Positions 1 to 10,147 of a DNA stretch of 64,000 nucleotides are shown piece after piece. Position numbers and translations under genes: made by a program. Position 1 is the stretch's first letter; every line of letters begins with the position of its first letter. Origin of the DNA: Vicinamibacterales bacterium (GTDB lineage: Bacteria; Acidobacteriota; Vicinamibacteria; Vicinamibacterales; JAMQPK01); the NCBI GenBank assembly GCA_963782595.1, contig CAWAKJ010000003.1:120641-184640 (forward strand), written 5' to 3'. The notes beneath the pieces are model-generated. The model made no database searches and was not told the DNA's origin. It was given only the letters and a program-made list of their open reading frames with translations.

Positions 1-53
1 TGCGTGCGGATGTCCTCGTCATCTTCCACGATGAGAAGCGTGGATTTCGTCAT
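1..53 (-). CDS. Response-regulator receiver N-terminus (a PrsR-like activator is expected here). Partial; runs off the window.
   Basis: The reverse complement of 1-53 reads ATG ACG AAA TCC ACG CTT CTC ATC GTG GAA GAT GAC GAG GAC ATC CGC ACG = MTKSTLLIVEDDEDIRT, a typical receiver-domain start. Its ATG (53-51) overlaps the TGA (52-50) of the upstream kinase. It is absent from the ORF track because it has no stop inside the window. Confidence 0.45.
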   Translation of the reverse strand, partial: MTKSTLLIVEDDEDIRT

Positions 54-2161
54 GGCTCGTCGTTCACCGGAAAGCTGGCGAGAAATGTCGTCCCCTTTCC
101 GACCTCGGTCTCGACGTGCATGCCGCCCCCATGCGCCTGGACGATCGCACGCGACTGGAACAGGCCGATCCCGAGCCCCTTCCTCTTGGTGCTTTGAAAC
201 GGACGAAACAAGGATTCTTTCACGAAAGACTGGCTCATGCCGCAGCCGTTGTCGTTCACAGACAGAATAGCGCGCCCCCCGCGATGCTCGGTGCGCACCT
301 GAATGCGGCCTCCCGAACCCAGCGCGTCTCGCGCGTTCAGCACGAGGTTGGTCACGACGCTCTGGAGCTGCTCGCGGTCGGCGAGAATGGCGGGTAGCGG
401 TTGAAAGTCTGTCGTGAGCTCTACGTTTGGTATGTCGCTTACGCTGTCGAGCGCCTCGCTGACGATCTGATTCAAATCGCTGACGACGCGAACGGAGTCT
501 GTCCGCTCGCGAAGAGCGCTTAAACGCGCAATCATGCCGTCGATCCGCCGGGCAGTGTTGCCGACGCTTCGCAACGCGTCTTCCCGAAACGCGGGGTCCT
601 CGAAATGCACCGGCAGATTCTTGAGCATCAGATTCAGCGATGCCGCGGCATTTTTCAGGTCGTGCACGAAGAACGCCGACATCGTCCGGAACGCCTCGAG
701 CTCTTTGGCCCGGGCCACCTCGCTCGCGAGTCGAAGATTCAACAGGACCGAGGTTATCTGATCGCCGATGCATTTCAGCAATTCCAGTTCTTCCACCGTG
801 TAGGTCGCCCCGCTGATGCGATCGGCGAGCACGAGGAAGCCAAGGTTCTCTTCTCCAGCCCGCAACGGCACGCACCAACGGCTGCCGCCTGTCGTGAATG
901 CGCTCGAGTTGAGCTGGCGTAACTCGTTCGCCCACGACTCATCCATGTCTTCCAGATCGAACGGCGAAGACATTGTCCGCAACCCGGCAGTGACCGCGGC
1001 TGACGCGGTCTCCGCCCGGCTGGTGCTGCCAGCCTCGGATGGCTGTCGATTGGTCGATGCGCCGACGAAGAACTGCTCCTTCTCTTCGTCGCGCAGCCAG
1101 ACGGTGACCGACAACACATCGAAGGTGTCGGAGATCAATTTCGCGGACAACGTACACAAGACGGTCTTATCGGTCACGCTGGCAAGCCGCCGTGAGACCA
1201 GTTTCCACACTTTCACGGAATCGTGCTGGGCTTTTCTGAAATGCCGGGCGACGAACGCGTCGATGCCCCGCCGCGTGCGGTCGGATAGAAGCAAGACGGC
1301 CAGGCCGGCCATGCCCAGCAGCACGACAAACGCCTGAACCTGGAAAACCTCTGCGCCGCCAAAGCGCCTCACCACTTGCGCCAGCACGCCAACGCCGAAG
1401 AGGTACCCACCGACGATGATGAGAGTCAGCGACGATCGCAGGACGGCCGACGAGGGGTACACCGCGATGTCCGCCCATCCCGCTCGTGCGTAGGCCAGCG
1501 CGAGGAAGACGCATCCAATCAAAAGCGCACTCGACTCGATGCCCCAGAGTGCGATGTCGGGCGCGGAAAAGAGGATCGCCTGACTCAGGACGTAAAGACG
1601 GGCGCCGAATATCATCACCAGGGCCAGCACCACAAACTTGAGCCGCCATCGCATCGTTCCCACGGCGGATCGAAAGGTCTGCTCCAGGTTCACCAGAATC
1701 AGGACGAGCGCGATCAGGAGGATGGCGTTCAACGCGTTGGCCATCCCACCTGCCTGCAGTCGCCAGACCTCGCCCGGTACTTCTCCAGGCACGATCTGAA
1801 TCAGTTGATCGCGGAAGCCAAGCGTCAAACTGATGGGCACCAGACCCACGATGGCGATCGGGATTTTCCAGCGGCTGAATGACTCGCGGTAATCAGCGCG
1901 TGAGTACGTCAGGCTGAAGCAGAGCCAGATGACCGGTACGATGGACTTGGCGACGAGCGCAGCCGTCAGCCAGAAGATCACCTCTTCGAGTTTTGTGGAG
2001 CGCAGGCCGAGGCCCGTGACGACGCTATCGATGCCGAGCGCTGTCATGCCTGCGAAGAAGCACCACGTCGCCAGAGATGGCGTTCTGCGAATGATGCTGA
2101 CAAGGGCAACGAGGAGGCCGCAGAAGCCGGCTGCGAACGGGAGGAGATGGAAAAGCCTCAT
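50..2161 (-). CDS. prsK: PEP-CTERM-system-type sensor histidine kinase (PrsK-like)
   Basis: Track ORF 50..2182 (710 aa). It has a long polytopic N-terminal membrane region, a GAF-like middle, the H-box 'FFVHDLKNAAASL' and an HATPase end 'NDNGCGM...GLGIGLFQ'. The start is placed at Met8 (2161), whose ATG overlaps the exosortase TGA. Confidence 0.8.
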   Translation of the reverse strand: MRLFHLLPFAAGFCGLLVALVSIIRRTPSLATWCFFAGMTALGIDSVVTGLGLRSTKLEEVIFWLTAALVAKSIVPVIWLCFSLTYSRADYRESFSRWKIPIAIVGLVPISLTLGFRDQLIQIVPGEVPGEVWRLQAGGMANALNAILLIALVLILVNLEQTFRSAVGTMRWRLKFVVLALVMIFGARLYVLSQAILFSAPDIALWGIESSALLIGCVFLALAYARAGWADIAVYPSSAVLRSSLTLIIVGGYLFGVGVLAQVVRRFGGAEVFQVQAFVVLLGMAGLAVLLLSDRTRRGIDAFVARHFRKAQHDSVKVWKLVSRRLASVTDKTVLCTLSAKLISDTFDVLSVTVWLRDEEKEQFFVGASTNRQPSEAGSTSRAETASAAVTAGLRTMSSPFDLEDMDESWANELRQLNSSAFTTGGSRWCVPLRAGEENLGFLVLADRISGATYTVEELELLKCIGDQITSVLLNLRLASEVARAKELEAFRTMSAFFVHDLKNAAASLNLMLKNLPVHFEDPAFREDALRSVGNTARRIDGMIARLSALRERTDSVRVVSDLNQIVSEALDSVSDIPNVELTTDFQPLPAILADREQLQSVVTNLVLNARDALGSGGRIQVRTEHRGGRAILSVNDNGCGMSQSFVKESLFRPFQSTKRKGLGIGLFQSRAIVQAHGGGMHVETEVGKGTTFLASFPVNDEP

Positions 2162-3063
2162 CGCTCCTGTCGCCTCAACCACACTAATAGTAAGAACAGT
2201 GGTCCCAACGACAAGACGAAAAACAACGGGCCCCCGCGCCGATGAATGATGCTGTCGATCATGTGGGGTCCGACGTGGACGCAGAGGAGTCCGATGACCA
2301 CAATCCGGAAGGCGTTACGCACGATCGCCAGCGGAATGACAAAGGCTACGAGCACGAGCCTTCGCCATGAGCTCTCGAGAAAGAGGTGGGAGGCCACCAG
2401 GCTCGTGATAAAGAGCACCCAGCTGGAGTGGATCCCACTGCACTCCTCGGCGATCTCGAGGACAATCCCGGGCAGCATGAATACTGTGCCATCGCGCACG
2501 AGCGGAGTTCCTGTCATCCTGAAAAAGAGGGCAGAGACGTCCGCCGAGGCCAGGACCGAAGCTGTTTCCAGCAGATTCACGGCACGATCCGGGAGGGGCA
2601 CCAAGAAGATCAGAAATGCAACCGGAAAGGCCGCGTCGGCCATCCACTTCGAGCCGAGGAACAGAAATCCACCAGCGGCGACGACGCTCACATAGGCGAG
2701 CATCATCAGGGCGAGGTCATCGTTGACGCTCAACGTCCCGCGCAAGCCGGTCTCCACGGCAAGTGCCGCGATGCCGGCCACGCTCAGTATCGCCGTCCCC
2801 CCAATCGAGGTGCGATACGTTGTCACCAGCATCCGTCGCTGGATGAACAGCAAGTAACCGCTCACAAGCGGCACCAGTGGGATATAGGAAAGTAACTCGC
2901 TCTGGGCGGCGTATGGTATGAGCCTGGTTAGCGGCTGAACGAAGGCCAGGGTTGCCAGCGCTATCCAGCCAAGCCACGCACCGATTCGAAGCCGCTGCGG
3001 ACGAGGCAAGCCGTGCCACGTCGCTAACGCTCCAGTGCCGACGCCAGTGGCTGAGTTCTGCAT
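2158..3063 (-). CDS. Exosortase (EpsH/Xrt family); subtype not resolved
   Basis: 301 aa, multi-TM. Exosortase signatures are present: 'IAEECSGIHS' (catalytic Cys), 'IVRNAFRIVVIG' (Asn..Arg) and 'CVHVGPH' (His). It lies immediately upstream of prsK. Confidence 0.8.
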   Translation of the reverse strand: MQNSATGVGTGALATWHGLPRPQRLRIGAWLGWIALATLAFVQPLTRLIPYAAQSELLSYIPLVPLVSGYLLFIQRRMLVTTYRTSIGGTAILSVAGIAALAVETGLRGTLSVNDDLALMMLAYVSVVAAGGFLFLGSKWMADAAFPVAFLIFLVPLPDRAVNLLETASVLASADVSALFFRMTGTPLVRDGTVFMLPGIVLEIAEECSGIHSSWVLFITSLVASHLFLESSWRRLVLVAFVIPLAIVRNAFRIVVIGLLCVHVGPHMIDSIIHRRGGPLFFVLSLGPLFLLLVWLRRQER

Positions 3064-3065
3064 AC

Positions 3066-4058
3066 CTACACGGCCGCTGGCGCAGTGTCGATCGAAACCG
3101 CCTGACGATCACCCGTGCCAGCGCGCAGGAACCAGTCATACGTGGCTGCGATTCCGTCCTGCAGCTCGATGCGGTGCCGCCAGCCCAGCGCGTTCAGCCG
3201 GCTGACATCGAGCAGTTTGCGAGGAGCGCCATCCGGTTTTGTGTCATCAAAGATCAGCCGCGCGGTCGGGTGCACGATGCTCCGTATCGTTTCGGCCAAT
3301 TGGCGAATCGACAAATCCTCCCCGGTTCCCACGTTGATGTGTTCGGCCGAGTCATAGTGCTCCATCAGGAATAGACAGGCATCGGCCAGATCATCAACGT
3401 GCAGAAACTCGCGGCGCGGCGTGCCGCTCCCCCAGATGGTGACGTCAGTGCTGCCAGCCACCTTTGCATCGTGAAACTTACGGATGAGCGCAGGCAACAC
3501 GTGGGAGCTCGTCAGGTCGAAGTTGTCGTTCGGCCCGTACAGATTGGTTGGCATCGCCGAAATAAAGTCCCGTCCGTATTGCTTTCGGTACGACTGGCAC
3601 AGCCTGATTCCCGCAATCTTGGCGATCGCGTAAGGCTCGTTCGTCGGCTCGAGCGGGCCCGTCAACAATTCTTCCTCTCGCATCGGCTGGCGGCACCCTC
3701 GCGGGTAGATACAGGAGCTTCCAAGATACAAGAGCCGGCGCACATCATACAGGTGCGCTGCATGCACGACCGTCGCATGAATCATCATGTTGTCGTACAG
3801 GAACTCCGCCGGCCTTGTGGAATTGGCCAGGATGCCGCCCACGGTTCCAGCGACAAGAAACACGTACTCTGGCCGGTTCGCGCGAAACCAGTAGTTCACC
3901 GCCGCTTGGTCTCTCAAGTCGAGTTGGTCGCGCGTGGCCGTGAGAATGTTCTTGTATCCGTCGTCGCAAAGACGTCTGACGATCGCGGAACCAACCAATC
4001 CGCGGTGACCCGCGACGAAGATTCTATTGTTTCGACTTGGTTTGACCATGCACTTCAC
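3066..4058 (-). CDS. fcl: GDP-L-fucose synthase (GDP-4-keto-6-deoxymannose epimerase/reductase)
   Basis: '[18 protein letters not shown]' Rossmann motif, 'GSSCIYP' and 'YAIAKIAG' (YxxxK). The length of ~327-330 aa fits. The first codon in the track is GTG; an ATG at 4049 is an alternative start. Confidence 0.85.
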   Translation of the reverse strand: MKCMVKPSRNNRIFVAGHRGLVGSAIVRRLCDDGYKNILTATRDQLDLRDQAAVNYWFRANRPEYVFLVAGTVGGILANSTRPAEFLYDNMMIHATVVHAAHLYDVRRLLYLGSSCIYPRGCRQPMREEELLTGPLEPTNEPYAIAKIAGIRLCQSYRKQYGRDFISAMPTNLYGPNDNFDLTSSHVLPALIRKFHDAKVAGSTDVTIWGSGTPRREFLHVDDLADACLFLMEHYDSAEHINVGTGEDLSIRQLAETIRSIVHPTARLIFDDTKPDGAPRKLLDVSRLNALGWRHRIELQDGIAATYDWFLRAGTGDRQAVSIDTAPAAV

Positions 4059-4070
4059 ACCCTGTGACGA

Positions 4071-4907
4071 CTATTTACGGCGCCAGAATGCGCCAGCTGT
4101 ATCGATAAGCTCAATTGGTTCGGTAATGGAGTGTGTCCGGCGAAAATCGTGAACGGCACGACGACATGTATCCTCAATCAGGTTAAAGTCGTCCACGATG
4201 ACGAATCCGCCAGGGGAAACCTTCCCATACAAGGCATCGAGCGCCTCCATGGTTGATTCGTACATATCACCATCAAGGCGCAAAACGGCGATCTGATCGA
4301 TAGGTGCGCCCGGCAGAGTATCTTTGAACCACCCTGCGAGAAACTGCACTTGTTCGTCGAGCAGTCGATATCGTTCGAAGTTCGCCTTCACCGTTTCAAG
4401 CGACACGGCGAGGTGCTCGTTGGCGAGATGCCACTGCGCTGCGCTGTCTTGAGGGTATTGGTTCAAATCAGGCGCGGGCAAGCCTTGAAACGAGTCAGCG
4501 AGCCATACAGTTCTCGTGGTGTCTTGATAAGCCGCGAGTACGGCACGCATGAAGATGCTTGCCCCTCCACGCCATACGCCTGTTTCGACAAGATCTCCGG
4601 GAACGCCGTCGCGAATGACGGTCTCAATGCAGGATTGAATATTGTTCAGACGCTTGCGCCCGATCATCGTTTCAGCTTCGGCGGGCCAGTCGAGTCCCTC
4701 TTCGCGCGCGTATGGGTCGAACCTCTCGCGTTTGACGGCTTCACCGCCCCAACGATGAATGACGCGAGCGAGTGCAAGCTTGATGAGACGTCTCACGCCC
4801 GTGCTCTTGCTGTGAAACGGCACGTGTGCGCCCTCTCCCCATCGCAACAGTCGATCTTTCAGGAGCTCGAGGTAGAGCCGAGCGGCGGCGCCGTCATTCA
4901 CCGGCAT
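4071..4907 (-). CDS. TylF (macrocin-O-methyltransferase) family SAM-dependent methyltransferase
   Basis: This is the C-terminal 278 aa of track ORF 4071..5228: 'VPGDLVETGVWRGGASIFMR' and 'VLRLDGDMYESTMEAL'. The first 107 codons overlap the preceding gene and look non-coding, so the start is set at Met108. Confidence 0.7.
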   Translation of the reverse strand: MPVNDGAAARLYLELLKDRLLRWGEGAHVPFHSKSTGVRRLIKLALARVIHRWGGEAVKRERFDPYAREEGLDWPAEAETMIGRKRLNNIQSCIETVIRDGVPGDLVETGVWRGGASIFMRAVLAAYQDTTRTVWLADSFQGLPAPDLNQYPQDSAAQWHLANEHLAVSLETVKANFERYRLLDEQVQFLAGWFKDTLPGAPIDQIAVLRLDGDMYESTMEALDALYGKVSPGGFVIVDDFNLIEDTCRRAVHDFRRTHSITEPIELIDTAGAFWRRK

Positions 4908-6075
4908 TCCGATCGGGTCCTCTTTCCGCTCGGACGACCAAAACGGCAGCGTATCCCGTGGCCTCATCGTTGGCTGGTTCAGCGCGTTCGGAAAGAGTGC
5001 GCAAAGGCTCATTTGCTGTCGCCAATTCTTCTCGAAGGACCTCGAGGTATCGCCGGCCGAACAGCAAGTCTGGTTCCAGATGATTTCCCTCAGCCCACTC
5101 GTTCCACGACTTGATAAAAACGATTTGGTGAGCCGCCGGCTTGCGCGCGACCTGTTGTAGTGCGTCACGCAAATGTCCTCGGAACAGCTCAGGAGTGGAG
5201 CCTTGAAGAACAAGACCGCGCAGTCCACTCCGCGGCGAATTGTCCCAGTTTGGAATCACGCACGGGTAGACATTTGTCTGTTCACACTCAGGCAGGACGA
5301 AATGCTTAATGGCCTGTTCGTACGGGAAAACGAGTGCTGGTTGCTGCAGTAGTCGCCGACGATAAAGGCGAAGTCTGGCCATCCAGACATTCGCATCGCA
5401 TTGTCGTGCCAGGTGGATGACGTGGGGTATCGCGCCGTCGAATCCATTGGCCTCGGGCCGCCATGGCTCGTTCGCAACTCCAACAAAGAAGAGTCCAGGC
5501 AAACCTGATCGGACGGCCATGGAACGCCACAAATCCGTGAACTTCGCGGCATCCGGTAAGCCGGAGGGGTTGTAAATGAGGAACACCGGCTTGCCGTCTA
5601 TCCGGACATAGCGTTTGTCGAGAAACGCCGGAAGGACAGTGTCGAAATGCCTGGCCGCATCCTCGAGACCTGGGTAGCACTGCTCTACGAGCATGCGACT
5701 GGAAAGGCCGTGCCAGATGCCAGTCCAGCTTTCATTGGCCCAGCACAGACAAAACGGAAAGGCCGGAGTTCCTGACTGCAGTACTTCCTCGAATGGGCGC
5801 TGAAGGAGACGGCGCCCGTTGCCGAACCAGTAGTGGTAGTAGCAAAAGGCTTCAACGCCATACTCTCGGGCCATTGCTGCCTGCGCATCGCGCGTTTCTG
5901 GTTGTCTCAGGTCGTAGAAACCCAGGTCGGCAGGCACATGAGGCTGATAATGGCCTCTGAACAACGGGCGCGCCTTCGCGGCGTTCGTCCATTCTGTAAA
6001 ACCCGGCCCCCACCACGTGTCGTTCTCAGGGATCGGGTGATACTGCGGAAGATAGAAGGCGATGGCTTTGATCAA
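4894..6075 (-). CDS. WbsX-type glycosyltransferase / GH99-like domain protein
   Basis: The N-terminus 'IAFYLPQYHPIPENDTWWGPGFTEWTN' is the hallmark of the WbsX family. The TTG start overlaps the upstream TGA. Confidence 0.7.
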   Translation of the reverse strand: MIKAIAFYLPQYHPIPENDTWWGPGFTEWTNAAKARPLFRGHYQPHVPADLGFYDLRQPETRDAQAAMAREYGVEAFCYYHYWFGNGRRLLQRPFEEVLQSGTPAFPFCLCWANESWTGIWHGLSSRMLVEQCYPGLEDAARHFDTVLPAFLDKRYVRIDGKPVFLIYNPSGLPDAAKFTDLWRSMAVRSGLPGLFFVGVANEPWRPEANGFDGAIPHVIHLARQCDANVWMARLRLYRRRLLQQPALVFPYEQAIKHFVLPECEQTNVYPCVIPNWDNSPRSGLRGLVLQGSTPELFRGHLRDALQQVARKPAAHQIVFIKSWNEWAEGNHLEPDLLFGRRYLEVLREELATANEPLRTLSERAEPANDEATGYAAVLVVRAERGPDRNAGE

Positions 6076-7118
6076 TGTGGTTTATGCAGGTAAAAACACG
6101 CGGAATCACCCTCACCACGGTCGTTCAGGTCCTTTGCCATTCGCCTGAACGCGTCGATCTCTTTTTCGTCAAAAATTGATTCGGTTGGATTCACAGAATA
6201 TGAACGGCGATCTTTCAGCGGGATATCTCTCGTGTACTGCTCGCTCGCCCAGAACTGAAATTCATCGGAATCACAGAGAACCTCAGCCACCCGTAATCCG
6301 GCCTGCTCGGCCAAAATCCGAACGCTCTCAAAGGAGTGCAGGAACAGGTGTCTCGGAGCATCGAGTTGACCCCAACAGGCGCCGTATTTTCTGTAGGCGA
6401 AGGAAGAGACGACCGGAATGCGAATGACAGCATAGCGATCGGACCGGAGAAGTGTGGACACGTGCTGAAGGATCTCGGCTGGATCCGGCACATGTTCGAA
6501 CGTGTGGTGGAGCATGATCAAGTCGAATTGCCCTTCCACCTCATAGAGTGACTGCTTCAAGATCGAAAAGCCTGAAGCGTAGCGCACCGACTTCTCTATG
6601 AACGGATCCACACCAGTAAGGTTCGAGAAGCCATCGTTGTAGAGGCGCATGAGCAATGCGCCGCCACCACAGCCTACATCCAGAATCGAGGAAGAGAAGG
6701 TCACTCCGGCTCTCTTCAGCCAGACGTAGTAGTCGGGGCGTCCAAAAATACCTGCTGTGGGACGTCCGAGGGTCATGACAAGGAGCCGACCGAACAGTCC
6801 TCGATCGAGGAGACAGTACCTTGCCCTCTGATGCCACAGTCGCGCTCTCAGGCCGGTGGCTGCAGCCATGGCTGGCGGCGCCGGATAATAATCGGCCGGA
6901 TAGTATCGGGAGAGCTCCGGTGGACAATCCACGAGCCACACGCAACCGCAGTGGCTGCATTCCGCGTACAGAAACTCATCCCTGAGACCAAACATCATTT
7001 CGCGAGCAACGAACGTCTTGTTGCGTGAAACAGTCATGCACACGGGGCAGCAGTGGTTCTGCACTTCGGCAGTGACGGGTCCGAGAGAATCACCTCTAAA
7101 GAGTGGCGAAGAACTCAT
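6072..7118 (-). CDS. Class I SAM-dependent methyltransferase with N-terminal Zn-ribbon
   Basis: 'CPVC...CSHCGC' is followed by SAM motif I 'ILDVGCGGGALL' and 'FDLIMLHHTFEHV'. The start is uncertain: I chose Met71 of track ORF 6072..7328, because the more upstream part overlaps the GT4 gene. Confidence 0.7.
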   Translation of the reverse strand: MSSSPLFRGDSLGPVTAEVQNHCCPVCMTVSRNKTFVAREMMFGLRDEFLYAECSHCGCVWLVDCPPELSRYYPADYYPAPPAMAAATGLRARLWHQRARYCLLDRGLFGRLLVMTLGRPTAGIFGRPDYYVWLKRAGVTFSSSILDVGCGGGALLMRLYNDGFSNLTGVDPFIEKSVRYASGFSILKQSLYEVEGQFDLIMLHHTFEHVPDPAEILQHVSTLLRSDRYAVIRIPVVSSFAYRKYGACWGQLDAPRHLFLHSFESVRILAEQAGLRVAEVLCDSDEFQFWASEQYTRDIPLKDRRSYSVNPTESIFDEKEIDAFRRMAKDLNDRGEGDSACFYLHKPH

Positions 7119-8214
7119 GGAGCTGATTCGCGTATCGCGCGATGTTGTAATGCGACTCGCAGAGCCTGCGCCCTCTCTCTCCCATCTCTCGCGCTCGTTC
7201 GGGATTCCGAACGAACGAGTCCATGGCCTCAGCCAGCGCCACGGGATCGTCTGGCGGAACGAACACACCGCAGCCCGCTGCTTCCACGTCGACTTCGGTT
7301 GGGAGAGCCCCAGTGCGCGTGACGACAACCGGCCTGGCGAGAGCCATCGCCTCGAGGAGATTTGTCATGCCGACAGCCGTGTATTCGCGTGTATCGCGCT
7401 TCAGAATAATGAGAGAGGCAATGCAGCGACGATACTGATCGAATCGGAGCTCGTCATGCGTGATGCCCGTAGACCAGTGCGAACTTGTCGTCAGCGCCAC
7501 ATTGTCCGGCCATGACAGCTCTCGAGGAAGCGTTCGTGCGATGACGTGAATCCTGCGTGTCGTGAGAGAGGCAGCCGCACTCAAGGTGTGGTGATCGCGG
7601 TGCGTGACACCACAGGACAGAAACCATTCCGGTTGATACGGCTGAACAGGAAAAGAGTCCAGGTCAGCGCCCCATCCGAGGTGAGCGACCTTCGCTTTTG
7701 GCGCCAATATTCTGGCCTGCGCCGCTGCAGCCGCAGTCAGGGCGATCACGCCATCATGACCGCGACCGATGTTCAGCGGCTCGCGCGCGAACAGGAGCGA
7801 GACAACCCGGCCGCGGATTGCTCCGACCGACCGCAGGAAGGGAAGCCAGTAGAGTACGTTGTGGCCGCAGTAGACGATACCGTCTCCCAGCCACGAGCGG
7901 ACCAAAGACAGCCATCTCAGGTCGCGCGGCAGAGGATTGGAATGCAGATAGAAGTCGAGCAGCGGCTCGGCCAGAGCGACTTCGTAGCCCTTCTTGACGA
8001 GTTCCAGGCATCCCCACAGGTGATGGGAGGGCAACATCCCGGACTTGATGCTCTCCAGGATGGCCGCTCCTCCGTACGAATTGACGTACAGGACTCTGCG
8101 GATTGGGCGTACATCCGCGGGCGACAGGAACGTGACCCCCCGCTCCCTGTGCTCGATGATGCCCTCGAGGACAGGAGCACGATACTTCTCCGAGAAGTTC
8201 GCGGCTTTTACCAT
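7096..8214 (-). CDS. Glycosyltransferase, GT-B fold (GT4-like)
   Basis: 372 aa. C-terminal region 'ARPVVVTRTGALPTEVDVEAAGCGVFVPPDDPVALAEAM' is typical of GT1/GT4 enzymes. Confidence 0.7.
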   Translation of the reverse strand: MVKAANFSEKYRAPVLEGIIEHRERGVTFLSPADVRPIRRVLYVNSYGGAAILESIKSGMLPSHHLWGCLELVKKGYEVALAEPLLDFYLHSNPLPRDLRWLSLVRSWLGDGIVYCGHNVLYWLPFLRSVGAIRGRVVSLLFAREPLNIGRGHDGVIALTAAAAAQARILAPKAKVAHLGWGADLDSFPVQPYQPEWFLSCGVTHRDHHTLSAAASLTTRRIHVIARTLPRELSWPDNVALTTSSHWSTGITHDELRFDQYRRCIASLIILKRDTREYTAVGMTNLLEAMALARPVVVTRTGALPTEVDVEAAGCGVFVPPDDPVALAEAMDSFVRNPERAREMGERGRRLCESHYNIARYANQLHEFFATL

Positions 8215-9212
8215 CCTGCGGTGCGTAGAGCGTGCTCGAACGCGCGCACGACCAGTCGCGAGCGGTGTCCCTGGGTAGCTTTTAAGAGAAAGTGCGCTGC
8301 CTTGTCGAACATTGAGCGTGGGTCAAGAAGCTCTCCGCGTGATGTTCCCGTGAGCGCTGCGACAGCGTTCCAGTCCTTGTCCCAGATGTCGATTTTGCGA
8401 AAGTGCTTCGGGCCGTGTTGTTGCAGCATGTGGACCACCTCCCGGTCCCACCATGTGAGGGGCTCGCTGCTCACGGCCTGGAAATCAATACCGAGGCGAC
8501 GATAGCCGTCCAGCCACTCCGGTTTTATCGGGTGAATCTCGCTCTTGTCCCAACTACCGTACATGTGGCGATACTCGCGGAAGATCTGCAGCGGGCTCTT
8601 CTTCTGATTGGCCACGTGTTCCCACGCCTGATACCAGCGATGCTTGCTGACCATGCGCTCCCACGCCACGTATTGGAAATGCAGCACGACGACGTCTTCG
8701 AGGTCGATGGTCGGTGCGCCCGGTGGGTTCGGGACGCGCGGGCTGTGAATCCTTTTTCCGTGATGGTCGGAACCGTCATCAACAAATCCAAAGCCCCTGC
8801 GCCCTGGAGGAATCCATGCGTGCTCAAATCCGGGAAGAATATTCACCCACCGAAACCGGACGATGGTTCCCGGTTCTACGTTGTCGAGCTGACGCCACTC
8901 GTCGCTTGTCGCGAAATTCGCCGAGATCGTTTCGTCGGCGTCCAGGCCGATCAGAATCCGCCTGCCAGAGATTTGTCTTGCTCTGTTGAGCAAGAGCCGC
9001 TGGCGATGGCTCTCATCAAAAGTTGGCGATTCGTTGATCACGACGTTCACCCCGGGCGTCTGCTGCAGCGCTTGCAGCGTGCCGTCGGTGGACCCTTGGT
9101 CTGCGACGATGACATCCGTTGACCACTGTTTTGCTGCCGCCAGGAACTGCTTGATGATCCACGCTTCATTGCGAACAGGTGTCACGCAGATACGATGGCA
9201 ATGTGCGTTCAC
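8208..9212 (-). CDS. Glycosyltransferase family 2 (copy 1 of a paralogous pair)
   Basis: 'CVTPVRNEAWIIKQFL', 'IVADQGSTDGT' and 'IGLDADE' (DxD). The GTG start overlaps the TGA of the preceding ORF. Confidence 0.75.
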   Translation of the reverse strand: MNAHCHRICVTPVRNEAWIIKQFLAAAKQWSTDVIVADQGSTDGTLQALQQTPGVNVVINESPTFDESHRQRLLLNRARQISGRRILIGLDADETISANFATSDEWRQLDNVEPGTIVRFRWVNILPGFEHAWIPPGRRGFGFVDDGSDHHGKRIHSPRVPNPPGAPTIDLEDVVVLHFQYVAWERMVSKHRWYQAWEHVANQKKSPLQIFREYRHMYGSWDKSEIHPIKPEWLDGYRRLGIDFQAVSSEPLTWWDREVVHMLQQHGPKHFRKIDIWDKDWNAVAALTGTSRGELLDPRSMFDKAAHFLLKATQGHRSRLVVRAFEHALRTAGW

Positions 9213-10118
9213 GGCGTAGCGCGCCCCGTCTTCTCGACGCCCGCCAGACGCGCATGAGTGTCATACCAACCGGGAACCGTTGCCCCGTTGACTCGTTCCA
9301 GGAGATGTTTGACGCCTCGGCGCACACGCGAGGCTCCCCGAAACTGCCATCGATACAGTGTGCCGTCGTCGCCTAGCAGGCGGTAGCCCAGGTAAATGGG
9401 TCGGTACCTGCGAAGAATGTCTCGACGAGATCTCCACTTGCCGCCGAGTTCAGCCCCGAATAAACCTGATGAGCCAGGCTCGAAACTGTGCGCAACGTAG
9501 TCGCCCTCCCCGGCTGGTTGCGGCGGTGACTGATGGTTGGGGATGTCCATCTGCTCGATGGCCTGAAAGCGGTCGTACCCAAGGCTGGCCAGGAGGTCGA
9601 TTTCGCCTTTGATTCCTGCAAAACTGGTCTTGTCAGACTCGATTGAGATGTAGTCGGGGCGCTCGCTGAAAGTTCTTCAAGGCATTGAGGCACACCGTAT
9701 CGCAACCTTCGATGTCGATCTTCATGTAATGAGGGATGCCGTTCTCCTGCAACACCGCAGCAAAATCGATCACATCAACCTCGATGGTGGTGACCGATGT
9801 TCCCGATCTCTCGTTGCGGTCCGCCCACGTTCCTCGAACCGTGCCCCAGGCGGAACCACTTTGATTGCGATAGAAACGAATGCTTGACTGGCCGGATTCA
9901 AGAAACGAAGGCTCAACGACCGCCCCTTCAACTATTTTCAAGCGCCCTTCGCGGACAAAGTCGTGGAAGCGGCTGCGGCACTGCTGCACGAGTTCTGGAT
10001 TCGCTTCGAGGGCCACCACGCGAAATCCCTTCCGGAGGTAGAAATCTGTATCTTCGCCACAGTGCAAGCCCACGTCATAAATCAGGTCGTGGTATTTCGG
10101 TGTCTTGAGCTTTTCCAT
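9209..10118 (-). pseudogene. FkbM-family methyltransferase, frame-disrupted (+1) near 9669-9671
   Basis: Track ORF 9633..10118 ('DVGLHCGEDTDFYL...MKIDIEGCDTVCLNALKNF') stops prematurely. The family-typical continuation 'SERPDYISIESDKTSF...' is open in the +1 frame from 9676 down to 9209. Deleting one T of a TTT run (AAA on the plus strand at 9669-9671) joins the two parts. Confidence 0.7.
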
Positions 10119-10147
10119 GTGTTACGCCGACGGCGCGATCGCGGCTT